Shown here one piece after another: positions 36,353-44,109 of a DNA stretch of 64,000 bases. Position numbers and translations under genes: made by a program. Under the pieces are notes generated by a model that saw only the letters and a program-made list of their open reading frames with translations, was not told the DNA's origin and did not search any database. Origin of the DNA: Minisyncoccota bacterium (lineage in GTDB: Bacteria > Patescibacteriota > Minisyncoccia > Phycocordibacterales > UBA9973). Each line of letters starts with the position of its first letter. Position 1 is the first letter of the stretch. The DNA lies in the NCBI GenBank assembly GCA_041665885.1, contig JBAYHY010000002.1, positions 19,129 through 83,128 of the forward strand. The letters are read 5' to 3'.

Positions 36353-38593
36353 TTATAAATAAATTGTTTTTATTCCACTACTTTCCCCCTCTTTTTCTAG
36401 CAAATCAGCTGGAATATCGGAAATAAATTCAGACGGTGCGTTTATTTGGCGCGAGCCGAAAATGGTGCGGAAGTTCGCGAAGGATAAAAATAATTTTTCT
36501 TTTGCTCGAGTGAGGGCTACATAGAAAAGTCGTCTTTCTTCCTCTCTGTCTTCTCCTGTCTGTCCTTCGTTTTGCCTTTCGTGCGGGAAAAGCCCGTCTT
36601 CCATTCCGGTGACGAAAACATATTTAAATTCAAGGCCTTTTGACGCGTGCACGGTCATCAGCTTTATGGCACTGACTTCTTTTTTTTGTTTTTCTTCAGT
36701 AATCATTAATGAATCTTGGTCCGAGGCGAGCGAAGCATCTTCCAGAAGTTTTTCTATTCCGACACCACCTTCTAGGCTGTCGTATTTAATGGCCAGGGTT
36801 GCTAATTCCTTTATGTTTTCCAGTCTTTCCATGTCTTCTTCTCCCCCATTACTGAGTTCCTGTTCTATCCCTGATTTTTTGACCACAAATTTTATCGTGT
36901 CACTGGCTTTTGTTTTTTGAATTTTTTCTTTTATTTCTTCCAGGGTTTGATAAAAATTATCGACTTTTATTCTCACCTTTATCGGCAACTCTTCCTTTTT
37001 CCCGGTAAAAATTTTTGCCAAGGTGACTTTGCCGATGCCACGGGTTGGGAAATTGATAATTCTTTTTATGTCTGACAAGCTGTCTGGATTTAGGGCAGCC
37101 CGCAAATAGGCCAAGGTGTCTTTTATTTCTTTTCGTTCAAAAAATTTAACCCCGAGGACCTGATATGGAATATTGTAACGAAGCATCGCTTCCTCCAACG
37201 CGCGCGATTGAAAATTTGCGCGATAAAGAACGGCGACTTCGGGGAAAACATTCTCGGACTCACCACGAAAATTTTCTGCTGAAAATTTTCTCTGTCCGTC
37301 GCCGTCGCTCCTCCCAAGGGTTCGCTCGAGAGTGTTTTCCCCTTCGCCGGCGTAGTTTTTTCCAATTTTTTGTTCCCGAGGGTCCCACTTTGAGCCCGAA
37401 GCGCCCAAAGAAGGGCGCAGGGACAAAAAATTGGAAGAGACGAAGCCATCTCCATCAATAATTTCTAAAATTTTTGTCGCGACGTAGTCCGCTTCGTCGT
37501 TTTCGTCAAGCGCCTCATATAATCCTATTTTTTCACCCTCTACGTTGTCGGTAAATAAGTTTTTATCAGGCCTGTATACGTTTTTTTTGATTATTTCATT
37601 GGCTGCTTCCAGAATATTTTTGGTGGAGCGGTAATTTTGTTCCAATAAAATTATTTTTGCGTTCGGATAATCTTTTTCAAAATTTAAAATATTTTTTAGA
37701 TTTGCTCCGCGCCAGGAATAGATGTTCTGGTCCGCGTCTCCGACGACACAAATATTTTTATTATTTTCCGAAAGCAATTTTGTCATTAAATATTGCACCT
37801 CGTTCGTGTCTTGATACTCGTCCACATGGATATATTCCCATTTTTCTTGGTAAATTTTTCTGACTTCCTTGTTTTCCTTTAATAATTTTGTTGCTTTCAA
37901 AAGCAAGTCATCAAAATCAAGAGAATTTTCTTTCAGTTTTTGTTTTTCGTATAAGTTCCAAACCCGAGCGATTATTTGCCCCAGGGTATCTACCGCTCTT
38001 TCTGCGTAATCTTCCAAATGGGTGAATTTTCCTTTTTCTCTTGAAATTATATTTCTTATTTTTTTCGGATCATATTGTTTTGGGTCTATCCCGAGCTCCT
38101 TCAGAATATTTTTTATCAAGGTGACAGAATCCCCTTCATCCAAAATGGTGAAATATTTAGTTAAGCCCAATAATCGAGCATTTTCTTTTATGATATAAAC
38201 ACCCAGAGAATGGAAAGTGGAAACAAAGGGCTCTTCTGGATTTTTCGCGTAGCTTTTTTCAATTTTTTGATCCCGAGGGTCCCACTCGGTATCCCGAGAA
38301 GGGCGCAGGGACGAAAAATTGGAAGAAGCGAAGCTTTCTTTTATTGCAAAACTTATTCTCTCCCGCATTTCTTTGGCGGCCTTGTTGGTAAAGGTTACCG
38401 CCAGGATTTTGTCAGGAGAAACTCCCTCTTTTATCAGATTTACGATTCGGTGAGTGATGGTTTTTGTTTTACCCGCCCCTGCCCCCGCCACGACAAGAAG
38501 AGGGCCCTCTCGGTGCAGAGCAGCTTCTTTCTGTTCTTTATTTAGCCCTCTTAAGTGTTCTTTGTTTGTTTCCACCTTCTTAATATAGCACAA
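36353..38593 (-). CDS. UvrD/PcrA/Rep-family ATP-dependent DNA helicase containing three in-frame palindromic-element insertions
   Basis: Walker A AGAGAGKTKTITHRI, the ..VSTFHSLG.. motif, QDTNEVQY, and conserved C-terminal helicase motifs. Extra segments are present relative to PcrA: ~25 aa and ~60 aa. Confidence 0.9.
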   Translation of the reverse strand: MCYIKKVETNKEHLRGLNKEQKEAALHREGPLLVVAGAGAGKTKTITHRIVNLIKEGVSPDKILAVTFTNKAAKEMRERISFAIKESFASSNFSSLRPSRDTEWDPRDQKIEKSYAKNPEEPFVSTFHSLGVYIIKENARLLGLTKYFTILDEGDSVTLIKNILKELGIDPKQYDPKKIRNIISREKGKFTHLEDYAERAVDTLGQIIARVWNLYEKQKLKENSLDFDDLLLKATKLLKENKEVRKIYQEKWEYIHVDEYQDTNEVQYLMTKLLSENNKNICVVGDADQNIYSWRGANLKNILNFEKDYPNAKIILLEQNYRSTKNILEAANEIIKKNVYRPDKNLFTDNVEGEKIGLYEALDENDEADYVATKILEIIDGDGFVSSNFLSLRPSLGASGSKWDPREQKIGKNYAGEGENTLERTLGRSDGDGQRKFSAENFRGESENVFPEVAVLYRANFQSRALEEAMLRYNIPYQVLGVKFFERKEIKDTLAYLRAALNPDSLSDIKRIINFPTRGIGKVTLAKIFTGKKEELPIKVRIKVDNFYQTLEEIKEKIQKTKASDTIKFVVKKSGIEQELSNGGEEDMERLENIKELATLAIKYDSLEGGVGIEKLLEDASLASDQDSLMITEEKQKKEVSAIKLMTVHASKGLEFKYVFVTGMEDGLFPHERQNEGQTGEDREEERRLFYVALTRAKEKLFLSFANFRTIFGSRQINAPSEFISDIPADLLEKEGESSGIKTIYL
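37249..37340. repeat. Type 1 palindromic element (copy B) in frame in the helicase; encodes ..TLERTLGRSDGDGQRKFSAENFRGESENVFPE..
   Basis: ttctcggactcaccacgaaaattttctgctgaaaattttctctgtccgtcgccgtcgctcctcccaagggttcgctcgagag, with TIR ggggaaaacattctcg / cgagagtgttttcccc. Further copies at 48772, 52685 and 62547. Confidence 0.7.
37355..37445. repeat. Type 2 palindromic element (copy a) in frame in the helicase, adjacent to the Type 1 copy; encodes ..SSNFLSLRPSLGASGSKWDPREQKIGKNYAG..
   Basis: tccaattttttgttcccgagggtccc...gggcgcagggacaaaaaattggaaga; long inverted arms. Confidence 0.65.
38250..38335. repeat. Type 2 palindromic element (copy b) in frame near the helicase N-terminus; encodes ..SSNFSSLRPSRDTEWDPRDQKIEKSYA..
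   Basis: ttcaattttttgatcccgagggtcccactcggtatcccgagaagggcgcagggacgaaaaattggaag, ~85% identical to copy a in the same reading frame. PcrA has ~10 residues at this position. Confidence 0.65.
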
Positions 38594-38635
38594 CCCTTTT
38601 TCATTTATTTTTGATTAAGATGTGATTAAAATAGT

Positions 38636-38644
38636 TATCCACAG
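38636..38644 (+). promoter_or_regulatory. perfect DnaA box TTATCCACA ~45 nt upstream of the helicase start (divergent promoter region)
   Basis: Exact 9-mer. Confidence 0.35.
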
Positions 38645-38654
38645 GCAGCTCTTC

Positions 38655-38887
38655 CCAAATTGACTTTTGGGCTATTTTGCGATAATCTATAAATTGTAGT
38701 CCTGAACAGAAGTAGGGTATGAGCTGACAGAATTCCAGGAAGATAGTAACCATCGTGAGAACCTTTGTTTGCAGAACTAATAGGTCGTCCTGTAATTCTA
38801 GCCTTATTCTAAAAGGCAGAAAAGGCAATCTCGCGGTATTTCGTTTGTTTTATAAAACCTAAATTTAAAATATTAAAAACCATTTTA
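38655..38887 (+). ncRNA. candidate structured 5' leader or small RNA upstream of the LysM-M23 peptidase gene
   Basis: Promoter-like TTGACT-17-TAATCT at ~38661. Followed by ~200 nt of comparatively GC-rich (~43%) non-coding sequence with long-range complementarity (agaattccagg / cctgtaattct). Overlaps minus ORF 38601..38828, which has no protein-like signal. Confidence 0.3.
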
Positions 38888-39898
38888 GTGTCTTCCCTTT
38901 TGCTTAGGGTGGTTTTGTTCGTGCCCTTGGCAGCAGAGGCTGATTACAATTCTCAAAATATGCCTCTCCTCACCTCAAATCTTGCCATGATCTCAGATAA
39001 AGAAGAAATGATGGCGGGGGTAAACATTGTTTCCGATAATGCCATGGTTCCAGCGGTCGGGGCACTGGGTGTATCTAATGGAACGGACCCTCTTCCAGAT
39101 TTACTGCCAGAAAACAGTGTTTATGTGGTTCGAAAAGGAGATTCCCTATCTCAAATCGCTGAAATGTATGGAGTTTCTGCCAATACGGTTTTGTGGGCAA
39201 ATGATATGAAAAAGGGAGATAAAATCTCCGAAGGAGATGTGCTTGTAATTTTGCCTGTTTCTGGGGTTGAACACAGTGTTACTAAGGGACAGACCCTGCA
39301 AAGCATTGCCAAGCTTTACAAGGCAGACGCCGGTGATATTGCTCTTTTTAATGAAATAGCGATAGATTCAAGCCTAAACATCGGAGACAAACTTCTTATC
39401 CCGGATGGTGAAATGATGGACGAGGGAGGAGACAGGCCGACAGCGAACCTGAAGGCGACAGAAACCAAAGACATAAAATACTACGCCACCAGCTTTCTTA
39501 AAAATCTCGTTGGTTATTTCATAAATCCAGTACCGACCGGGCACAAAACTCAAGGACTCCACGGTCCAGGAATGAGAGGCATAGACATCGGAGCGCCAAC
39601 GGGTACAAATCTTTATGCCTCTGCGTCGGGTGTCGTTATCGCAACTAAAACTGGCTGTACCGTCGGTTATTCCAGGTGTGGTGGTGGATATGGAAACATG
39701 GTACAGATTCAACACCCAAATGGTACAAAAACATTATATGGACACATGTCGAAAGTTTTTGTCCCCATGGGTACTAAAGTAGAAAGAGGCGATGTTATCG
39801 GTTTAGTAGGAAACACTGGACACTCCACCGGCCCACACGTTCACTTCGAAGTTTTCAATGCTAAGAATCCTGGAGCCAGTTGGTCTTGGGCAAAATAA
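38888..39898 (+). CDS. LysM-LysM-M23 family peptidoglycan endopeptidase (GTG start)
   Basis: Signal peptide; two LysM repeats (YVVRKGDSLSQIAEMYG.., HSVTKGQTLQSIAKLY..); M23 motifs HxxxD (HGPGMRGIDIG) and HxH (GHSTGPHVHFEV). Confidence 0.85.
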   Translation: MSSLLLRVVLFVPLAAEADYNSQNMPLLTSNLAMISDKEEMMAGVNIVSDNAMVPAVGALGVSNGTDPLPDLLPENSVYVVRKGDSLSQIAEMYGVSANTVLWANDMKKGDKISEGDVLVILPVSGVEHSVTKGQTLQSIAKLYKADAGDIALFNEIAIDSSLNIGDKLLIPDGEMMDEGGDRPTANLKATETKDIKYYATSFLKNLVGYFINPVPTGHKTQGLHGPGMRGIDIGAPTGTNLYASASGVVIATKTGCTVGYSRCGGGYGNMVQIQHPNGTKTLYGHMSKVFVPMGTKVERGDVIGLVGNTGHSTGPHVHFEVFNAKNPGASWSWAK

Positions 39899-39904
39899 GT
39901 TATC

Positions 39905-39937
39905 TAGTAAAGAAAAACCTGCGTGGCGGGTTTTTTG
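39905..39937. terminator. bidirectional intrinsic terminator between convergent M23 peptidase and ZIP genes
   Basis: aaaaacctgcgtggcgggttttttgtttt. Confidence 0.5.
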
Positions 39938-39939
39938 TT

Positions 39940-40689
39940 TTATTCAAGAAAGATCAGAGCGATCATCAATAGGACGCCGAGAAGTAAAATTAATATTTGG
40001 AAAATAGAATGTTTGATCTCTTTGGTGTTTTGTAATTCGGGAATCAAGTCGGCCAGGGCAATGTAAATAAACCCACCAGCGGCGATGGGGAGAATCCACA
40101 TAGTAAATGATTCCGCCATGCTTCCGAATACCAAAGCGAGGATAACACCGACAACGGCCGTAAGGGCCGAAAGAAAATTTAGCCACAGGGCTCTTTTGGC
40201 TGTATATCCAGAATGAATAAGGACAGCAAAATCCCCTATTTCCTGCGGAATCTCGTGTAAAACTACGGCCAGGGTGGTAGCTATTCCAAGGGGCATGCTA
40301 ACTAAAAAACTTACTCCAATAATTATCCCATCAATTAAATTGTGAAAACCATCTGTGAAAAGAATTAATTTTCCTGCCGGGTGAATATGGTGTTCTATGG
40401 TGTCGTCTTCGTGATGGTGCCAGTGAAGGAATTTCTCCATCACAAGGAAGATAATGATTCCGACGATAATCAATATGCCAGCTAAATTTTTGTTTGAAAA
40501 TTTTTCTGAAATTTCGGGAATTATGTGGATAAAAGCATCACCCAAAAGCGCTCCGACCGCCAGACTGATAAAGAGTTCTACATATTTTTTGACTTTTTCT
40601 TCTCCAAGTGCGAGAAAAAAGACTCCGACGAAAGAGATAAGGCTTACGATTACTACACTAATTATTGCGTAAATATATGTTGATATCAT
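39940..40689 (-). CDS. zupT: ZIP-family divalent metal (zinc) transporter, ZupT-like
   Basis: Eight TM helices, His-rich loop HWHHHEDDTIEHHIHP, conserved HNLIDG and HEIPQEIGDF motifs. Confidence 0.8.
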   Translation of the reverse strand: MISTYIYAIISVVIVSLISFVGVFFLALGEEKVKKYVELFISLAVGALLGDAFIHIIPEISEKFSNKNLAGILIIVGIIIFLVMEKFLHWHHHEDDTIEHHIHPAGKLILFTDGFHNLIDGIIIGVSFLVSMPLGIATTLAVVLHEIPQEIGDFAVLIHSGYTAKRALWLNFLSALTAVVGVILALVFGSMAESFTMWILPIAAGGFIYIALADLIPELQNTKEIKHSIFQILILLLGVLLMIALIFLE

Positions 40690-40690
40690 G

Positions 40691-40761
40691 TGCGGGATGG
40701 GAGAATCGAACTCCCAACCTCAGTTTGGAAAACTGACGTTTTACCATTAAACTAATCCCGC
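40691..40761 (-). tRNA. tRNA-Gly (anticodon TCC)
   Basis: Reverse complement gcgggat..ttttccaaa..gggagttcgattctccc atcccgc A; anticodon loop TTTCCAA. Confidence 0.85.
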
Positions 40762-40901
40762 AATATGTTTTAAAAGACCACCTGGTCGGGCTGCTGGGAT
40801 CGGCTATTACATAGCCAGGTGCTTTTCTGTTTCATTTCATTCAACATAGAAAAGCCTTTCGCTTCCCAACGTAGGCAAATAAATTTGCCTACTGCATCCC
40901 T

Positions 40902-40972
40902 TCGGGCTGCTGGGAATCGAACCCAGTCTAAACGCTCCCAAAGCGCTTGTACTACCGGTATACTACAGCCCG
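40902..40972 (-). tRNA. tRNA-Pro (anticodon TGG)
   Basis: Reverse complement cgggctg ta gtat..agcgc tttggga gcgtt..ctggg ttcgatt cccag cagcccg A. Confidence 0.8.
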
Positions 40973-41029
40973 TTGACAGTTAAAGCTTTGGCGGGCAAGC
41001 CCGTTTAACTTTAAAGCAAAATGAGTATA

Positions 41030-41458
41030 TCACAAAATAATATCACTGACCACTTTTACTCTCGCCCTTTTTTCCTTTTGGCATAAATAAACAACCAAGA
41101 GATCTACTTGCCATTCTTTTTCGTCTGGCACCTTCTCGGACAACAAATATGTTTGAATTGTCCGAGACAACCTTTTTAGTTTCCAGGGGTGCATGTTGTC
41201 CTCGGGCCTGTGTTGGTATCTTTCGTCCGAATCATTATAAGACTTGGGGATAAAAGTATTCAATGTTTCTCGTGAAACGCTTTTTACTTCAACGAAATAT
41301 AGTTTGCCCTTCTTTTCCGCTATGATATCTATCTCTCCCCACTTCTTCGTATAGTTGCGGTCCAAAATAGAGAAATTATGTTTCACGAGAAACCTTGTGG
41401 CAATATTTTCCCCGATTTCTCCTATTTTTTGTGTTTCTGATGTAAATTTTTTCGGCAT
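41030..41458 (-). CDS. YraN/UPF0102-family (Holliday-junction-resolvase-like) endonuclease
   Basis: ..GEIGENIATRFLVKHNFSILDRNYTKKWGEIDIIAEKKGKLYFVEVKS.. fits the UPF0102 PD-(D/E)xK pattern. Confidence 0.6.
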   Translation of the reverse strand: MPKKFTSETQKIGEIGENIATRFLVKHNFSILDRNYTKKWGEIDIIAEKKGKLYFVEVKSVSRETLNTFIPKSYNDSDERYQHRPEDNMHPWKLKRLSRTIQTYLLSEKVPDEKEWQVDLLVVYLCQKEKRARVKVVSDIIL

Positions 41459-41535
41459 CCCGGTACTAAAATTTTAAGTTCTTAGTAATAATCGTTATAT
41501 ATTTTAATCAAAAATTTAGTACGGGACAAGTTTTA
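41459..41535 (-). promoter_or_regulatory. conserved inverted-repeat leader (copy 2 of 3) abutting the yraN-like start codon
   Basis: In gene orientation: ..ACTTGTCCCGTACTAAATTTTTGATT..(35 nt)..CTTAAAATTTTAGTACCGGG-ATG. Confidence 0.55.
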
Positions 41536-41566
41536 GTTAGTTTCACCTGAAACATGTTTCACGTGA
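41536..41566. promoter_or_regulatory. tandem palindromic sites GTTTCACCTGAAAC / GTTTCACGTGAAAC just upstream of the yraN-like leader
   Basis: Two adjacent 14-bp palindromes, the second a perfect one. Confidence 0.35.
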
Positions 41567-41687
41567 AACAAATCATCAAAATTATGTGTCTTTTATTAAA
41601 ATATCCTTATTTTACAACATATTTTAACTAAAAAGGGCACTCAAAGACAGCTTTTTGGTGTGTCCTTTATAAACATTACCCACATAG

Positions 41688-41696
41688 TTATCCACA
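41688..41696 (+). promoter_or_regulatory. perfect DnaA box TTATCCACA with an adjacent near-box TTACCCACA
   Basis: cccacatagttatccacag. Confidence 0.35.
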
Positions 41697-41770
41697 GTTA
41701 TTGTAAATATCCTTAGAATTTCATCTGGAATTCACTTTTCGGGCAGTTTTTATAAAGGACAACTGTTTTG

Positions 41771-41841
41771 TGCGGCCAGGGAGAATCGGACTCCCGTCTC
41801 ATCCTTGGCAAGGACGTGTTCTACCACTAAACCATGACCGC
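41771..41841 (-). tRNA. tRNA-Gly (anticodon GCC)
   Basis: Reverse complement gcggtca tg gttt agtggta gaac a cgtcc ttgccaa ggatg agac gggag tccgatt ctccc tggccgc A. Confidence 0.85.
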
Positions 41842-41856
41842 AATATTAGTATTATC

Positions 41857-41885
41857 TTGTAAAAAACTTGCTCCCAAATTATAAT
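41857..41885 (+). promoter_or_regulatory. sigma70-like promoter TTGTAA-17-TATAAT upstream of the HNH endonuclease gene
   Basis: Consensus-like hexamers with a 17-nt spacer, ~70 nt upstream of the ATG at 41957. Confidence 0.45.
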
Positions 41886-41956
41886 ATTTTTTTAACGTTA
41901 ATGCAATAATACTTCGAACATAGATTGTATTTCGAAGTTAATTGTGATAAAATCAA

Positions 41957-42394
41957 GTGATAATGAGATGTACAAAATGCAAAAAGGAAAAACTAGAGGA
42001 TGAATTCAATTTCAAAATAAAATCTAAGGGATTACGGCAATCGCAATGCAAGGTGTGCACTCGCTTATTAATAAGAAATCATTATAATAGAAATAAGGAA
42101 TATTATTTACAAAAAACCCACAAAAGAAATGCAGAATTAAAATCTAAAACATTCCTGTATTTAAAGGGTTTTTTAGCAAATAATCATTGTGTTGATTGTG
42201 GAGAGTCTGACATAACAGTCCTTGAGTTTGACCACAAAGGCAATATTCCCAAGTTTAGGGCAGTTTCGTCTTTAATGAAAAATCGGTATTCATTAGAAAA
42301 AATTAAAGAGGAAATTGCTAAATGCGAGGTTAGGTGCGCAAATTGTCATAGGAGAAAAACAGCAAGGGATTTTAAGTGGATTAAAAGTATTTAG
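41957..42394 (+). CDS. HNH endonuclease (zinc-finger-containing), stand-alone, between tRNA genes
   Basis: CTKCKK..C..C at the N-terminus and an HNH core ..CVDCGESDITVLEFDHKGN..ANCHRRKT. Confidence 0.6.
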   Translation: MIMRCTKCKKEKLEDEFNFKIKSKGLRQSQCKVCTRLLIRNHYNRNKEYYLQKTHKRNAELKSKTFLYLKGFLANNHCVDCGESDITVLEFDHKGNIPKFRAVSSLMKNRYSLEKIKEEIAKCEVRCANCHRRKTARDFKWIKSI

Positions 42395-42397
42395 AAG

Positions 42398-42472
42398 GCG
42401 CCCGTAGTTCAACGGATAGAACATCGATCTTCGGAATCGATGATGTGGGTTCAATTCCTGCCGGGCGCACCA
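42398..42472 (+). tRNA. tRNA-Arg (anticodon TCG) with encoded CCA
   Basis: gcgcccg ta gttc aacggat agaac a tcgat cttcgga atcga ... gtggg ttcaatt cctgc cgggcgc ACCA. Confidence 0.8.
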
Positions 42473-42481
42473 TAACATGTC

Positions 42482-44053
42482 ATGATGGAGAATTCTCTAA
42501 AAAACTTAATATCAAAAATACCCAAAGAAGTTTCACATGTAACAAGCACTCTTGAGAATGCCGGTTTTGAGGTATACCTCGTCGGAGGATGTGTTCGGGA
42601 TCTATTTTTAGACAGAGAGCCGAAAGACTGGGATATTACTACAAATGCCAAACCGGAACAAATCATTGCATTGTTTGAAAAAACCGTTTATGAAAATACT
42701 TTTGGTACGGTGGGGGTATGTTTGCCTGTTAATTTGAAGGACGGTGTTCCATGTGAAACGTCAGATAGTAGTGTTTCACGAGAAACGCCCGAATACAAGA
42801 TTATTGAGGTAACTCCCTATAGGGTTGAGGCAAAATATAGTGATTTTAGGCATCCCGATGAAGTAAAATTCAGTGAAAAGTTAGAAGATGACCTTAAAAG
42901 GCGTGATTTTACTGTTAATGCGATGGCCCTAAGTTCTAAAGGACAGCTTGTGGACTTGTTTGAGGGCGTAAAGGACATTGGTGACAAGATGTTGAAAGCG
43001 GTAGGGAACCCGGATGATCGTTTTGCCGAGGATGCTCTCCGGATGCTTCGAGCTGTCCGTTTCGCTTGCCAACTTAATTTTTCTGTGTCATATGAAACAA
43101 CGGAAAGTATTTTAAAAAATGCGAAGTTAATAAAAAAAATATCCGAAGAAAGAATTCGTGACGAGTTCATAAAAATAATTATGTCACCCAATCCGGCGGT
43201 TGGAATTGTGATGTTGCAGAAATTTAAAATACTCTTAAATGTAATTCCAGAGCTGGAGGAGGGAATCGGCTGTGAGCAATCTGGCGGACATATCTATGAC
43301 GTTTGGGAGCATTTATTGCATGCGGTGCAACATGCGGCAAACAAAAATTGGCCTTTAGAAATAAGGCTCTCTGCACTTTTCCACGATATTGGGAAACCGC
43401 GGTCAAGAAGGGAAACAAAAGATAAAACAAAAAAGAAATATACTTTTTACGGGCATGAAGTGGTGAGTGCGAGGATGACGAAAAAAATAATGGAAAGATT
43501 AAAATTTCCGAAAAAAGAAATTGATCTTGTGGAAAAATTAATTCGCAATCATATGTTTTTCTCCGACACTGAGCTCATTACTCTTTCTGCGGTGCGAAGA
43601 ATTATTTCCAAAGTCGGGAAAGAAAATATTTGGTCGCTAATGGACATGCGTGAGTCCGATAGGGTGGGCATGAAAAAGAAAGAAGCGCCTTACCGGTTAC
43701 GAAAATATTTTGCCATGATTGAGGAGTCCTTGAGAGACCCGATTTCTGTCGGACAGCTTAAGATAGACGGGGAATACATGATGAAAGAGCTCGAAATCAA
43801 ACCTGGACCACGAATGGGATGGATTTTGCATGCTTTGCTCGAAGAAGTGTTGGATGCTCCGGAGAAAAACACCGTAGAGCATTTGTCAGAATTGGTAAAA
43901 TCATTAAATGTTCTTGGAGACGACGAACTTTGCACCCTCGGCGAGCGCGGAAAAGAAAAAAAAGAAGAACTAGAGGAAGAAGAAGTATCAAAGCTTCACG
44001 AGAAGCACGGGGTGAGGTCGGGGAAAGGACCCGACCGCAAGGCCGGAGCCTGA
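42482..44053 (+). CDS. cca: CCA-adding tRNA nucleotidyltransferase (PolyA_pol head + HD domain) with a GC-rich C-terminal tail
   Basis: YLVGGCVRDLFLDREPKDWDITT (nucleotidyltransferase motif GxxxRD..D.D) and the HD motif ..HLLHAVQHA...LFHDIGKP. Confidence 0.85.
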   Translation: MMENSLKNLISKIPKEVSHVTSTLENAGFEVYLVGGCVRDLFLDREPKDWDITTNAKPEQIIALFEKTVYENTFGTVGVCLPVNLKDGVPCETSDSSVSRETPEYKIIEVTPYRVEAKYSDFRHPDEVKFSEKLEDDLKRRDFTVNAMALSSKGQLVDLFEGVKDIGDKMLKAVGNPDDRFAEDALRMLRAVRFACQLNFSVSYETTESILKNAKLIKKISEERIRDEFIKIIMSPNPAVGIVMLQKFKILLNVIPELEEGIGCEQSGGHIYDVWEHLLHAVQHAANKNWPLEIRLSALFHDIGKPRSRRETKDKTKKKYTFYGHEVVSARMTKKIMERLKFPKKEIDLVEKLIRNHMFFSDTELITLSAVRRIISKVGKENIWSLMDMRESDRVGMKKKEAPYRLRKYFAMIEESLRDPISVGQLKIDGEYMMKELEIKPGPRMGWILHALLEEVLDAPEKNTVEHLSELVKSLNVLGDDELCTLGERGKEKKEELEEEEVSKLHEKHGVRSGKGPDRKAGA

Positions 44054-44055
44054 CG

Positions 44056-44082
44056 AGGCGAGGAGGGCTCGCAAGATTTTTA
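44056..44082 (+). terminator. candidate intrinsic terminator after cca
   Basis: gcgaggagggctcgc hairpin followed by aagattttta. Confidence 0.35.
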
Positions 44083-44109
44083 GTAAAAAATACTTGTGAG
44101 AGGAAATAG

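Noticed and set aside
35950-36426. 158-aa plus-strand ORF spanning the rsmA-helicase junction.
   Set aside because: It is antisense to two conserved genes and crosses their intergenic palindrome, so it is spurious.
38601-38828. 75-aa minus-strand ORF in the helicase / M23 peptidase divergent spacer.
   Set aside because: No start context and a non-protein-like sequence. The region is better explained as a structured non-coding leader.
38700-38860. Resemblance of ccaggaag / gacagaattcc to the SRP RNA domain IV motif. tmRNA and RNase P RNA were also looked for across the window.
   Set aside because: Only a partial match to AAGGAAGCAG-type motifs, with no flanking helix 8 pairing. No tRNA-like TTCGATTC 3' ends were seen outside the five annotated tRNAs, and no RNase P GGAAAGTCCGGGC-type core was seen.
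40783-40800. Partial tRNA-Pro 3'-end copy as the attachment site of a large integrated element.
   Set aside because: It lies only ~120 bp from the intact tRNA with no integrase nearby, so at most a remnant. It is kept only as a minor note within the HNH/tRNA finding.
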